The notes: a model not told the origin generated them from the sequence alone. A stretch of DNA of 52,625 nt from Candidatus Sumerlaeota bacterium (GCA_007132725.1 SLOD01000084.1:1-52625); one strand, 5' to 3'; positions 1 to 9,122 are shown, counted from the first letter of the stretch. Numbers and translations are program-made.

Positions 1-232
1 AAAACCTCACCAGTGTTTCATAGTTTGTCTGTTTCGGATCAAAATCAACTTTTACTGCTTCGGCATGACCTGTTGCACCGGTTTTCACAAGCTGGTATCT
101 TGGATTGACAACATTTCCTCCAGTGTAGCCGACAACAGTTGAAACAACACCTTTTTCTTTTCCGAACTTATACTCTACTCCCCAGAAACAACCTGCTGCA
201 AAAACGGCTGTAGAAACAGCATCTTTTGTCAT
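1..232 (-). CDS. msrA: peptide-methionine (S)-S-oxide reductase MsrA (5' part only; runs off the window)
   Basis: Not in the ORF track. Manual minus-strand translation from ATG at 232 gives MTKDAVSTAVFAAGCFWGVEYKFGKEKGVVSTVVGYTGG...TGHAEAVKVDFDP, with the GCFWG active site and GYTGG and GHAEAV motifs. AAGGAG RBS upstream. Confidence 0.95.
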   Translation of the reverse strand, partial: MTKDAVSTAVFAAGCFWGVEYKFGKEKGVVSTVVGYTGGNVVNPRYQLVKTGATGHAEAVKVDFDPKQTNYETLVRF

Positions 233-391
233 TGTTTTCTCCTTCGTTACTCAAGTTCACCAACTTTTTTTACTTTAATTAAAAAGTTTCGTCAATGTTT
301 TTACGACATTCTTTTTTAGCCACCAGAATTGCAGGCAAGCTAACCCCCTGCAACTAAAAGGGAATAATTTAGACCTTTTTCACTTAATTAT

Positions 392-420
392 TTGACTTAT
401 CCTTTAAATTGTTTTAATTT
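392..420 (+). promoter_or_regulatory. sigma70-type promoter for bcp
   Basis: TTGACT (392-397), 17-bp spacer, TAATTT (415-420), upstream of the RBS and ATG at 458. Confidence 0.5.
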
Positions 421-457
421 ACAGAGTCAGTTCGTTAATTTAATGATGGAGAGGAAC

Positions 458-919
458 ATGTTAAAAAAAGGTGACAAAGCCCCTGATTTCCAACTGCTTG
501 ATTCCAATGGCACTGAAGTGAAGCTTTCTGATTTCAGAGGAAGTAATGTGGTGCTTTACTTTTATCCGAAAGATAACACTTCAGGGTGCACAAACGAAGC
601 GAAAGATTTCAGTGCTCTTGAAAAAGAATTTAAAAAGAAAAAAGCGATCGTTATCGGTATCAGCCCTGATTCTGTCGCTTCACACAAAAAATTCATTGAA
701 AAACATGACCTTAAAGTTACTCTTCTTGCAGATCCTGAAAAAGCTGCTCTTGGCAAATACGGAGTTTGGCAGCTTAAAAAAATGTGCGGCAGAGAGTCTA
801 TGGGTGTTGTGAGAACCACCTTCGTTATAAATAAAGAGGGTGTCATTGCTGATGTTTTTGAGAAAGTTAAAGTTGCAGGACACGCCGATAAAGTTATGGA
901 CAGCGTTTGTTCTCTTTGA
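458..919 (+). CDS. bcp: thioredoxin-dependent peroxiredoxin Bcp/PrxQ
   Basis: GDKAPDF, VLYFYPKDNTSGCTNEA (peroxidatic Cys), GISPDS..SH, RTTFVI. Start moved from 392 to the ATG at 458, which follows a GGAGAGG RBS. Confidence 0.93.
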   Translation: MLKKGDKAPDFQLLDSNGTEVKLSDFRGSNVVLYFYPKDNTSGCTNEAKDFSALEKEFKKKKAIVIGISPDSVASHKKFIEKHDLKVTLLADPEKAALGKYGVWQLKKMCGRESMGVVRTTFVINKEGVIADVFEKVKVAGHADKVMDSVCSL

Positions 920-1011
920 AATTTCAAACCAGATAAAAAACCACAAATTCTTGACTCTCCACCCTATAAGGTGTATATATGGGCTGAAAGTTGTCTTTAT
1001 GGGGTGTGAAA

Positions 1012-2334
1012 ATGGATAAAGCGATTCTTTTCCCGATTATTTTAGAGTGGCAGAAGATAGCTGCTCAAACTGAAGGAATTTTTCGTTTGTATCAGCTTGA
1101 GCTGTTTGAGTTAATCGGCTCAAAACCTATTAAGATCGTTACTGGGTTTAGAAGAAGCGGCAAGTCATTCCTTGTTCAGAAAACGATCTCTCAATTAATT
1201 GCAGAGAAAAAAATAGCAAAAAAGAATGTGCTGTATCTTAATTTTGAAGATTATCAGCTTGCGTCAATAAATAACGCTCAATTGCTTGATGAAGTGTTTC
1301 AGCTTTTTATGAATGAGATTGCCGAAGAAGGAAAAAGGCTTATAGTTCTTGATGAAATTCAGCTTGTTAAGGGCTGGGATAAATTTGTGCGGACGATTTA
1401 TGAGAAATATCGAAATATTGAAATAATTTTGACTGGTTCCAATTCTGAACTATTGTCATCGGAGCTTGGTTCAAATCTTGCCGGAAGGTTTGTTGAAATA
1501 AAGATACTGCCATTTGATTTTAAAGAATTTCTTCTAATCAGAGGATTAAATATAAAAACTGAAAAAGATTATTTTGAAAATATCAATAAGATCAGTTCTT
1601 TGTTCGGGGAATATCTGAATTTTGGCGGGTTGCCTGAACTTGTTTCAATTACAAATGAAAAAGCAAAGCAGAGCTATCTTGAAGGGGTCCTAAGCAAAGT
1701 TATTCTGGATGATGTTGTAAATCGTTTTAATGTCAGACAGCCGGCTGTTGTTGAGCAGATAATAAAATATCTTTTTATTGGAACTGGGAATATTACCAGT
1801 TATGCAAGGATTTCCACACATCTCAAAACTGCAGGATATGAAGTAAAGCCTGATACTGTAGCAAATTATGTGGATTTCATCGTGAAGACTTTTGCCATGT
1901 ATACACTTGAAAAACTTGAATATAAACAGAGCCGTGTTTTTAGCACGATTAAAAAGTTTTATTCAGTTGATACTGGTTTTTCCGCTCTTTACGGAGGTTA
2001 TCTGAAGATATATTCAAGACTTCTTGAAAATGTTGTGTTTTTGAAGCTCAAAAAAGAGTCGTATCAGATCAATTTCGGTCAGAACGAGTCCGGCAAAGAG
2101 ATAGATTTTGTGGTGACGGAAAGAAACCGCTCGGCTACGAACTATCAAGTCTCAGTTACTTTAAATGAAAGTAATAAAGATAGAGAGTTGAGCTCTTTTG
2201 TTTCAATTGACAAATATGTTTCTAACGGGAAGCATATTTTTCTTTCAACAGACGCTGATGAAAAAACAATAGAATATTCCGGCATAAAGATCGAAAAGCA
2301 TAATATTGTGAGATGGCTCTTGGGAGTATCATAA
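1012..2334 (+). CDS. AAA+ ATPase of the AAA_14 + DUF4143 type
   Basis: Walker A GFRRSGKS, YLNFED, Walker B LDEIQ, TGSNS, LAGR, GGLPE, KFYSVDTG, LLEN, C-terminal EIDF..YQV nuclease-like fold. ATG at 1012 preferred over TTG at 991. Confidence 0.88.
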   Translation: MDKAILFPIILEWQKIAAQTEGIFRLYQLELFELIGSKPIKIVTGFRRSGKSFLVQKTISQLIAEKKIAKKNVLYLNFEDYQLASINNAQLLDEVFQLFMNEIAEEGKRLIVLDEIQLVKGWDKFVRTIYEKYRNIEIILTGSNSELLSSELGSNLAGRFVEIKILPFDFKEFLLIRGLNIKTEKDYFENINKISSLFGEYLNFGGLPELVSITNEKAKQSYLEGVLSKVILDDVVNRFNVRQPAVVEQIIKYLFIGTGNITSYARISTHLKTAGYEVKPDTVANYVDFIVKTFAMYTLEKLEYKQSRVFSTIKKFYSVDTGFSALYGGYLKIYSRLLENVVFLKLKKESYQINFGQNESGKEIDFVVTERNRSATNYQVSVTLNESNKDRELSSFVSIDKYVSNGKHIFLSTDADEKTIEYSGIKIEKHNIVRWLLGVS

Positions 2335-2467
2335 GCCGTCGGGGCAAATTCAGGGATTGTTTTTATTTACAATTGAGAAAGAGAAAGTTACCACCTTTTC
2401 AATGAGCCATCTGTTTTAGAGTTTAAAGAATTTCAGAAAGCTCTTAATTTTGTGGTGGAAAATTAAA

Positions 2468-2508
2468 AACCAAGTAAATCAGGCAAATCAAGACAATCAA
2501 GGCTCAGA
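2468..2508. repeat. short 9-nt-period repeat (AATCA core)
   Basis: AACCA/AATCA cores at 2468, 2477, 2486 and 2495, ending in GGCTCAGA. Confidence 0.55.
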
Positions 2509-2608
2509 ATTGCCTTGACATTGTTGCAAGAAATACTTGAAACAATTTGAATAACATGTTATAGGTGTTGCAGTTATTATTTTGTGCTATTATAGGGGAT
2601 AGTTCAAA

Positions 2609-4192
2609 ATGAATGAATACACCATAATTTTTCTGTCACTATTTTTCTTGCTCATTACTGTTGCCGGTGTGCTGTTCAACTATTCTTTGCGGAAACTTGT
2701 TAAAAAAAGAACCGGAGAGCTTGAAAGAGAAAAGAACTTTTTAAGCTATGTTATGGAAGCTACTAACACCAATATCAATATAACGGATGCCCATTACAAC
2801 CTGCAATATGTTGATTCTAACTGGCAGAAAGTTTATGGAGATCCAACTGGAAGGAAGTGTTATGAATATTTCATGGGCAGGGATAAGCCATGTGAAGTCT
2901 GCGGAATGCCTGAAGCGATGGAGAAGAAAGAGACAATTGTTTATGAAGAGGTTATGCCGGGTGAAAATAACAGAGTTGTAGAGGTTCACACGATTCCTTT
3001 TAAAGATGAGGACGGAAAATGGCTTTTTGCTGAATTCAATATTGATATCACAAAACGCAAAAGGGCGGAAGATGCCCTTGTGACCACACAGAGACTTGAA
3101 TCTCTCGGAATTCTCGCAGGAGGCATAGCTCATGATTTTAACAACCTTCTTGCAGGAATTTTCGGAAATATAAATCTTGCAACTGGAATATCTGAAAACA
3201 AAGAAGTCGTTGAGATTCTTAATCAAACTTCAAAAACAATAGAGAGAGCAAGAAGCCTTACCTGTCAATTGCTAACCTTTGCAAAGGGGGGGAACCCTGT
3301 TAAGAAGGTCGGAGAACTGGCTCCTTTCATTGAAGGAACTGTCAAGTTTGCGTTGAGCGGCTCTAATATTTCATGCAGTTTTAAAATTCAGGAAAATCTC
3401 CCCTTGTCTGAATTTGACAAAAACCAGATAGGGCAAGTTCTTGACAATCTTGTTATTAATGCAAAGCAGGCGATGTCTGAAAACGGAAAAATTGAAGTCA
3501 TTGCAGAAAGCATTACTCTTTCAGGAAACAAACACTTCCGGAATGACTCAGGAAAATATATTAAAATAACCATCAAAGACAACGGGTCAGGAATTCCTAA
3601 AGAAATTCTGCCAAAAATCTTTGATCCGTTTTTTTCTACAAAACCGGGTGGTACAGGACTTGGACTTGCCACATCATATTCAATCCTTAAAAGACATGGC
3701 GGCTTCATTGAAGTTGCTTCTGAAGCTGGTAAAGGAAGTGCTTTCTCAATTTTTCTTCCTGCGACAGAGGGCTCCTTGCCTGGAAAAACAGAAGCTGTTG
3801 ACAAAGAGGATGTTGAGCACAAAGGAATCGGCACTTTTCTTGTAATGGACGATCAGGTGCTTGTCAGGCAGACTACAGGAAAAATGCTTGAAACTTTAGG
3901 ATATAAGGTAATTTTAAAAGAAGACGGGGAGGCTGCTGTAAAATATTTTGAAAGTAACCGTAAAAATATTAAAGGGATGATATTCGACCTGACAATTCCC
4001 GGAGGAATGGGTGGGCTTGAAGCTATTTCAATCATAAGAAAACTTTGTAATGAAGTGCCCGTTTTTGTTTCAAGCGGTTATGCGGATGACCCCGTTATGG
4101 CACATCCGGAGAAATACGGCTTCACTGCAAGCCTCTCAAAACCGTTTAAAAAAAAGGAGTTGGCAGCTCTGCTAAACAAACATCTGTTTTAA
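2609..4192 (+). CDS. membrane-anchored PAS hybrid sensor histidine kinase/response regulator
   Basis: One N-terminal TM plus an S-helix (VKKRTGEL), PAS domain, H-box AGGIAHDFNNLL, N-box NLVINA, DNGSG, FDPFFSTK, GTGLGL, receiver LVMDD..DLTIPGGMGG..SSG..KPF. Confidence 0.92.
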   Translation: MNEYTIIFLSLFFLLITVAGVLFNYSLRKLVKKRTGELEREKNFLSYVMEATNTNINITDAHYNLQYVDSNWQKVYGDPTGRKCYEYFMGRDKPCEVCGMPEAMEKKETIVYEEVMPGENNRVVEVHTIPFKDEDGKWLFAEFNIDITKRKRAEDALVTTQRLESLGILAGGIAHDFNNLLAGIFGNINLATGISENKEVVEILNQTSKTIERARSLTCQLLTFAKGGNPVKKVGELAPFIEGTVKFALSGSNISCSFKIQENLPLSEFDKNQIGQVLDNLVINAKQAMSENGKIEVIAESITLSGNKHFRNDSGKYIKITIKDNGSGIPKEILPKIFDPFFSTKPGGTGLGLATSYSILKRHGGFIEVASEAGKGSAFSIFLPATEGSLPGKTEAVDKEDVEHKGIGTFLVMDDQVLVRQTTGKMLETLGYKVILKEDGEAAVKYFESNRKNIKGMIFDLTIPGGMGGLEAISIIRKLCNEVPVFVSSGYADDPVMAHPEKYGFTASLSKPFKKKELAALLNKHLF

Positions 4193-4265
4193 AAACAATT
4201 GCATTTTTCATTCATCGGATTATTATGAAATTGCTTGACCATTTGCTCGCTAAAGGCTGTGTAGA

Positions 4266-5663
4266 ATGAAAACATATTTTATATCGTTTTTAATATCTTT
4301 TCTTTATCTTATAATTGTAACACCCCTGTTGATCAAAGTCGGCATAAAGTACGGCATTGTTGACAAAGTCAGCAGAAGAACGATCCACCGAGGGCTTATT
4401 CCAAGAATAGGAGGAGTGGGAATAGCGACAGGAACTTTACTTCCTATAATGCTCCTTTTTTTCTATGACAATGATGTTTCCAAGCTTCTTTATAATCCGC
4501 CTACAAACGCACATGTCATTGTTTTGGGCGGATTGATGATAGGTCTTCTGGGCTTGATTGACGACATAAAAGGAGTTAAGGCTAAACATAAACTTTTTTT
4601 TCAGATAGCTCTTTCGGTTTTTGTTTATTACAACGGTTTTGATATATCTGCTCTTTCCACACCTTTTGGGGTTATTGATCTGGGGATAATGGGCCCGCCC
4701 ATAACTGTTCTGTGGATCGTGGGCATAATAAACGCTTTCAACCTTATAGACGGAGTGGATGGCCTCTCTTCAGGGGTCTCTTTCTTTGCCTGCATCACAA
4801 TAATGACCCTTTCAATAGTTAACGGACATGTTTTTGTAGCAACTGTTTCTGCTGCTCTTGCAGGTGCAGTCGTGGGGTTTCTTGTGTATAACTTCAATCC
4901 TGCAAAAATATTTATGGGTGACGCAGGATCTATGTTTATCGGCTATATCCTCGCTGTGATATCTCTTAAAAACCAGTCTAAAGGACACACCGTTGTTTCT
5001 TTTTTAATTCCTGTGATAGCAATGGGGCTTCCCATCCTTGACACTATCCTTGCATTTTTAAGAAGGTATCTTAGAAAACAGTCTGTTTTTCAGGCAGACA
5101 GTCAGCACATTCACCACCTGCTTCTTTCAAAGGGCTGGACTCAAAAAAAAGTTGTAGTTGTTCTTTACGGCATCTCTGTTCTTTTCACCATTCTTGCCAT
5201 GCTTCTGATATTTCAAAAAGATGTTCAGGCTTTTCTTATTATCGCCGTTTTTTCTATCATTATTGTGGTGATTATTTCAAAACTTGGATATACAGAGATC
5301 TTTTACAGTAGATTTAAAATGAGAAAAGGAGAAGAAAGACTTGAAAATCAGCTCGAATCACTGATTGTTGAAAATATTTCAAAAACCTCTTTTGATTTTG
5401 ACAGTTATCTTTACGACTCTATACCAGTAAAAGGCTATGATGTTCTTGATTCTTCCGGAAAAACAGTTTTGGGTACAGGAGAAAAAGACAAGGTGAACTT
5501 TATTGATATTGATGTTGAAAATGATTTTGCTATAAGATTTTTCTGGAAAACAGCTGTCCCTGTTATAAACACGAAAGAAGCCGCCCTTCTTACAGTCGTG
5601 GCAAAATCTCTTTTCAAGAAGTATTTAAATGCATCAAAAAAAATGCCGGAGCAAAAGAAATGA
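4266..5663 (+). CDS. WecA/TagO-like undecaprenyl-phosphate GlcNAc-1-phosphate transferase (MraY family) with C-terminal extension
   Basis: IPRIGG, GLIDD, NAFNLIDGVDGL, YNFNPAKIFMGDAGS, HIHH motifs; multiple TM helices. Confidence 0.88.
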   Translation: MKTYFISFLISFLYLIIVTPLLIKVGIKYGIVDKVSRRTIHRGLIPRIGGVGIATGTLLPIMLLFFYDNDVSKLLYNPPTNAHVIVLGGLMIGLLGLIDDIKGVKAKHKLFFQIALSVFVYYNGFDISALSTPFGVIDLGIMGPPITVLWIVGIINAFNLIDGVDGLSSGVSFFACITIMTLSIVNGHVFVATVSAALAGAVVGFLVYNFNPAKIFMGDAGSMFIGYILAVISLKNQSKGHTVVSFLIPVIAMGLPILDTILAFLRRYLRKQSVFQADSQHIHHLLLSKGWTQKKVVVVLYGISVLFTILAMLLIFQKDVQAFLIIAVFSIIIVVIISKLGYTEIFYSRFKMRKGEERLENQLESLIVENISKTSFDFDSYLYDSIPVKGYDVLDSSGKTVLGTGEKDKVNFIDIDVENDFAIRFFWKTAVPVINTKEAALLTVVAKSLFKKYLNASKKMPEQKK

Positions 5664-7006
5664 AAGTGCTTAAGTTTGGCGGGATATCGGTAAAAAATGC
5701 TCTATCTATAGTGGCTGTAAAAGACATCCTCAGGAGAGACAATGAAAAAAAGGTTGTTGTTGTTTCCGCCTTTTATGGCGTGACAGACACTCTTTGCGAA
5801 ACCGTTGAGCAGATAAAGCAGAATAATGTTAAAAAAGCATTCGATTTGACGAACAAAACGGAGAATCTTTGCCTTAAAATTTCATCGGAACTTATCGGAT
5901 GCAGAAATTCTCATAATTTTATAAAAGAAAAGTTCAAAGAAATTAGACAGTTCATTCCTGCACTTTGCCTGCTTGGAGAAGTAACCCCCAGATCAATTGA
6001 CATGATATTGTCATATGGAGAAAAAATAAGCAGTTTCGTGATAGCAGATTACCTCAATGCCACCGGGTTGAAAACAGCATATATTGATGCTTTACAAATA
6101 ATAAAAACTGACAGCAATTTCAATAGAGCATCTGTTGATATGACAAAGACCGGGGCTTCTGTAAAAAAAATTCTCCTTCCTCTGTTTAAAAGTAACGACT
6201 GTATCGTTACCGCCGGCTTTATAGGATGTGACAAAGATGGCTCTGTTACAACTCTCGGGCGGGGCGGAAGTGACTATACAGCATCTGTTATAGCGGTTTG
6301 TGCAGCAGCTGAAAAGCTTGAAATATGGAAAGATGTGAACGGAATAATGACAACAGACCCCAAGGTCGTTAAAAAAGCAAAACCTGTCAGCCAGCTTTCA
6401 TATAAAGAAGCTTCGGAGCTTGCTTTTTTTGGAGCAAAAATTCTCCACCCTAAAACAATAAGGTCTGCAATAATGGCAGGAATTCCTGTTTATGTTAAAA
6501 AAACTTCTGAGCCGGATTATCCGGGGACACTTATCGAAAAAAACTCAGAAAATAAAAGAAAAGTCAAAGCCGCAACATTCCAGAAAAATATTACTATCGT
6601 TAATATATGCTCTGAAAAAATGCTCGGAGCATATGGATTTCTTAGCAAAGTTTTTGATGTCTTTACATCTTATAAAACTCCTGTAGACCTGATCACCACT
6701 TCTGAAGTAAATATAAGCGTAACCATTGAGTGCTGTGAACATCTGCAAGATATAGTTAAAGACCTTTCAGCCTTTGCAGAAGTCGATATTACAAAAGATG
6801 TTGCAATCATCAGTCTTGTCGGAGAAGGAATAAAATATACCCCGGGTATTGCTGTAAAATGTTTTTTCGCTCTTAAAGATATAAATGTAATAATGGTCAG
6901 CATGGGAGCGTCTGAAGCGAATTTAAGCGTAATTGTAAAACAGAGCGAGTTGCAAAGGGCTGTTTCAAAACTGCATCATGAATTTTTTGAAAAAAAGGGA
7001 GAGTAA
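5660..7006 (+). CDS. lysC: aspartate kinase (two ACT domains)
   Basis: VLKFGG, VVVVSA, SYGE, TTLGRGGSDYTA, ELAFFGAKILHP, C-terminal ACT repeats; adjacent to lysA. Confidence 0.93.
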   Translation: MKVLKFGGISVKNALSIVAVKDILRRDNEKKVVVVSAFYGVTDTLCETVEQIKQNNVKKAFDLTNKTENLCLKISSELIGCRNSHNFIKEKFKEIRQFIPALCLLGEVTPRSIDMILSYGEKISSFVIADYLNATGLKTAYIDALQIIKTDSNFNRASVDMTKTGASVKKILLPLFKSNDCIVTAGFIGCDKDGSVTTLGRGGSDYTASVIAVCAAAEKLEIWKDVNGIMTTDPKVVKKAKPVSQLSYKEASELAFFGAKILHPKTIRSAIMAGIPVYVKKTSEPDYPGTLIEKNSENKRKVKAATFQKNITIVNICSEKMLGAYGFLSKVFDVFTSYKTPVDLITTSEVNISVTIECCEHLQDIVKDLSAFAEVDITKDVAIISLVGEGIKYTPGIAVKCFFALKDINVIMVSMGASEANLSVIVKQSELQRAVSKLHHEFFEKKGE

Positions 7007-7008
7007 CA

Positions 7009-8241
7009 ATGATACCGCTAAATCTTTTACAGGAAATTTCTGAAAAATATTCGACACCCGGATATATTTATGATGCAGAAAAGATTAGAGAAAACTGTAC
7101 AAAAATAACCAGGGCATTTACAAGACACTACCCCTCAACGGTAGTTCATTTTGCTGTTAAAGCAAATAGCTGTCCTGCTGTTTTAAAAATCATTGCCGAA
7201 ACTGGCCTTTCTGCAGACTGTTCAAGCCCCTTTGAGCTTTTACTTGCAAACAAATGTGGATTTGAAAAATCAAAAATTATGTATACGGGAAACTATGAAA
7301 GTCCTCAGGACCTTGCTTTTGCAACAGAATATGCATCTATCATCAACCTTGATGATATCACATCTTTAAAAAGATTGACCTCTTTTAAAGTACCGGAAGT
7401 TGTTTCTTTCCGTATTAATCCCGGCATAGGAAGAGGCGGCTTCGAGGGTGTTGTTACAGGAGGTGTTGATGCAAAATTCGGTGTTCCCTACGAACAAGCT
7501 TTTAAAGCATATCAAGATGCTTATGATCTTGGAGTAAGGAGGTTCGGGATCCATATGATGACCGGGTCCAACAATCTTGAACCTCTGTTTTTTGCAGAAA
7601 TAACTGAAAAGTTGATGCATGTTGCAGGAGATGTATTTTCCAGACTCGGTGTTGCCCCTGAATATATAGATATCGGCGGGGGTTTTGGAATTCCATACTC
7701 AAATGCCGAATCCGAAATAGATATTGAAAAAGTAGCGGAACTTGTTTCTTCAAGATTCATTGAAAACTGTAAAAAATATCATTTCCAAACACCCATACTT
7801 CGTATAGAGCCGGGTCGCTATATAACTGGCAATGCGGGAATACTTCTTTCCAGGGTTACGGGCAAAAAAACAGGATACCGGAACTATACAGGGTTGGATG
7901 CCGGAATGAATTCTCTTTTAAGACCGGCTCTTTACGGTGCTTTTCATCGGATAGAAGCCCCTTTTAAAAAAGAGACCCCGCTTGTAAAAACCAATCTGTG
8001 CGGTAGAATATGTGAAAACTCCGATATTTTTGCAAGGGACATTCTTCTTCCCGATCTTGAAGAGGGAGACCTTGTTCTTTTCAGGGACTGCGGAGCTTAC
8101 GGATTTACAATGAGTTCTAATTACAACGGAAGACCCCTTCCCTCGGAGATCGTCGTTGACCGGGGAAAAGTGACTTATGTCAGAAAAAAAGAAACCCCGC
8201 AGGAAATGTTAAAAAAACATTTTAAAGAACAGGAATCTTGA
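7009..8241 (+). CDS. lysA: diaminopimelate decarboxylase
   Basis: PLP lysine motif FAVKAN, RINPG, KFG, DIGGGFG, EPGRY, RPALYG, CENSD, GAYG..MSSNYN. Confidence 0.95.
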   Translation: MIPLNLLQEISEKYSTPGYIYDAEKIRENCTKITRAFTRHYPSTVVHFAVKANSCPAVLKIIAETGLSADCSSPFELLLANKCGFEKSKIMYTGNYESPQDLAFATEYASIINLDDITSLKRLTSFKVPEVVSFRINPGIGRGGFEGVVTGGVDAKFGVPYEQAFKAYQDAYDLGVRRFGIHMMTGSNNLEPLFFAEITEKLMHVAGDVFSRLGVAPEYIDIGGGFGIPYSNAESEIDIEKVAELVSSRFIENCKKYHFQTPILRIEPGRYITGNAGILLSRVTGKKTGYRNYTGLDAGMNSLLRPALYGAFHRIEAPFKKETPLVKTNLCGRICENSDIFARDILLPDLEEGDLVLFRDCGAYGFTMSSNYNGRPLPSEIVVDRGKVTYVRKKETPQEMLKKHFKEQES

Positions 8242-8265
8242 CTTTGGTCTAAATAGCATTAGAAT
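8238..8265 (+). promoter_or_regulatory. sigma70-type promoter for the HTH gene
   Basis: TTGACT (8238-8243), 16-bp spacer, TAGAAT (8260-8265). Confidence 0.45.
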
Positions 8266-8298
8266 CGATTTCGTATTGGTTTCATGTATGGAATCGTT

Positions 8299-8520
8299 AT
8301 GGTTGAAAAACTTAAAAAGAACAAATTAAAAGATTTTCGAAAACAAAATCTTATCAGCAAATCAGAACTTGCAAGAAATGCCGAAATATCCCTTGTAACA
8401 CTTGACAGAATTGAAAAAGGGTTTGACTGCAGACTTTCAACGAAAAGAAAGATCCTTGAGGCTCTCGGTCTTGATCTTGATGAAAAAGATATCGTTTTTC
8501 CTGAAAAAGAATCCGAATAA
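8299..8520 (+). CDS. small XRE/Cro-family helix-turn-helix regulator
   Basis: NKLKDFRKQNLISKSELARNAEISLVTLDRIEKG..CRLSTKRKILEAL matches the XRE HTH pattern. Start is 8299 or 8284. Confidence 0.85.
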   Translation: MVEKLKKNKLKDFRKQNLISKSELARNAEISLVTLDRIEKGFDCRLSTKRKILEALGLDLDEKDIVFPEKESE

Positions 8521-8537
8521 GATTCAGTAACGGTTTC

Positions 8538-9122
8538 TTAAATATCTATTTTTTTTATTACCATTCTCATGATGGTTTTGAAGGTATCAAAAACACTCTT
8601 TCCTTCTAAAGCACAGGCTACAAACTCTTCGTACTTTTCTTCCGGATTGAAAATATTCCGCATCTCATCAACAGACATTGCGTTGGGAAGGTCTGTCTTG
8701 TTATACTGAATAACAAGCGGAATTTTCTCAAGAATTACCGAATTCATGAGGAGGTTCGTTTTTAAATTATTGAAGCTTTCTATATTGGCATCCATCCTTT
8801 CCTTTTGGGCATCTACAACGAATACTATTCCGTCACACCCTTTTAATATCAGCCTTCTTGAAGAATCATAGAAAACCTGTCCGGCAACAGAATAAACATG
8901 AACTCTCAGCTTCATTCCTTTTACTGTGCCAATGTTAATGGGAAGAAAGTCGAAAAAAAGGGTTCTTTCCGTGTCAGTCTTTATTGAAAACATTTTTCCC
9001 CGGTTGGCAGGGTCTATGTTGGAGTAAATGTATTCTATGTTGGTGGTCTTACCAGACAATCCCGAACCGTAATAAACTATTTTACAGTTAATTTCCTTAA
9101 TGATCTTATTAACAAGTACCAT
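8538..9122 (-). CDS. mglA: MglA-family small GTPase (motility/polarity)
   Basis: EINCKIVYYGSGLSGKTTN, ERTLFFDFLP, GQVFYDSSRRLILKG.DG, QYNKTDLPNA closely match Myxococcus MglA. Confidence 0.92.
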   Translation of the reverse strand: MVLVNKIIKEINCKIVYYGSGLSGKTTNIEYIYSNIDPANRGKMFSIKTDTERTLFFDFLPINIGTVKGMKLRVHVYSVAGQVFYDSSRRLILKGCDGIVFVVDAQKERMDANIESFNNLKTNLLMNSVILEKIPLVIQYNKTDLPNAMSVDEMRNIFNPEEKYEEFVACALEGKSVFDTFKTIMRMVIKKIDI

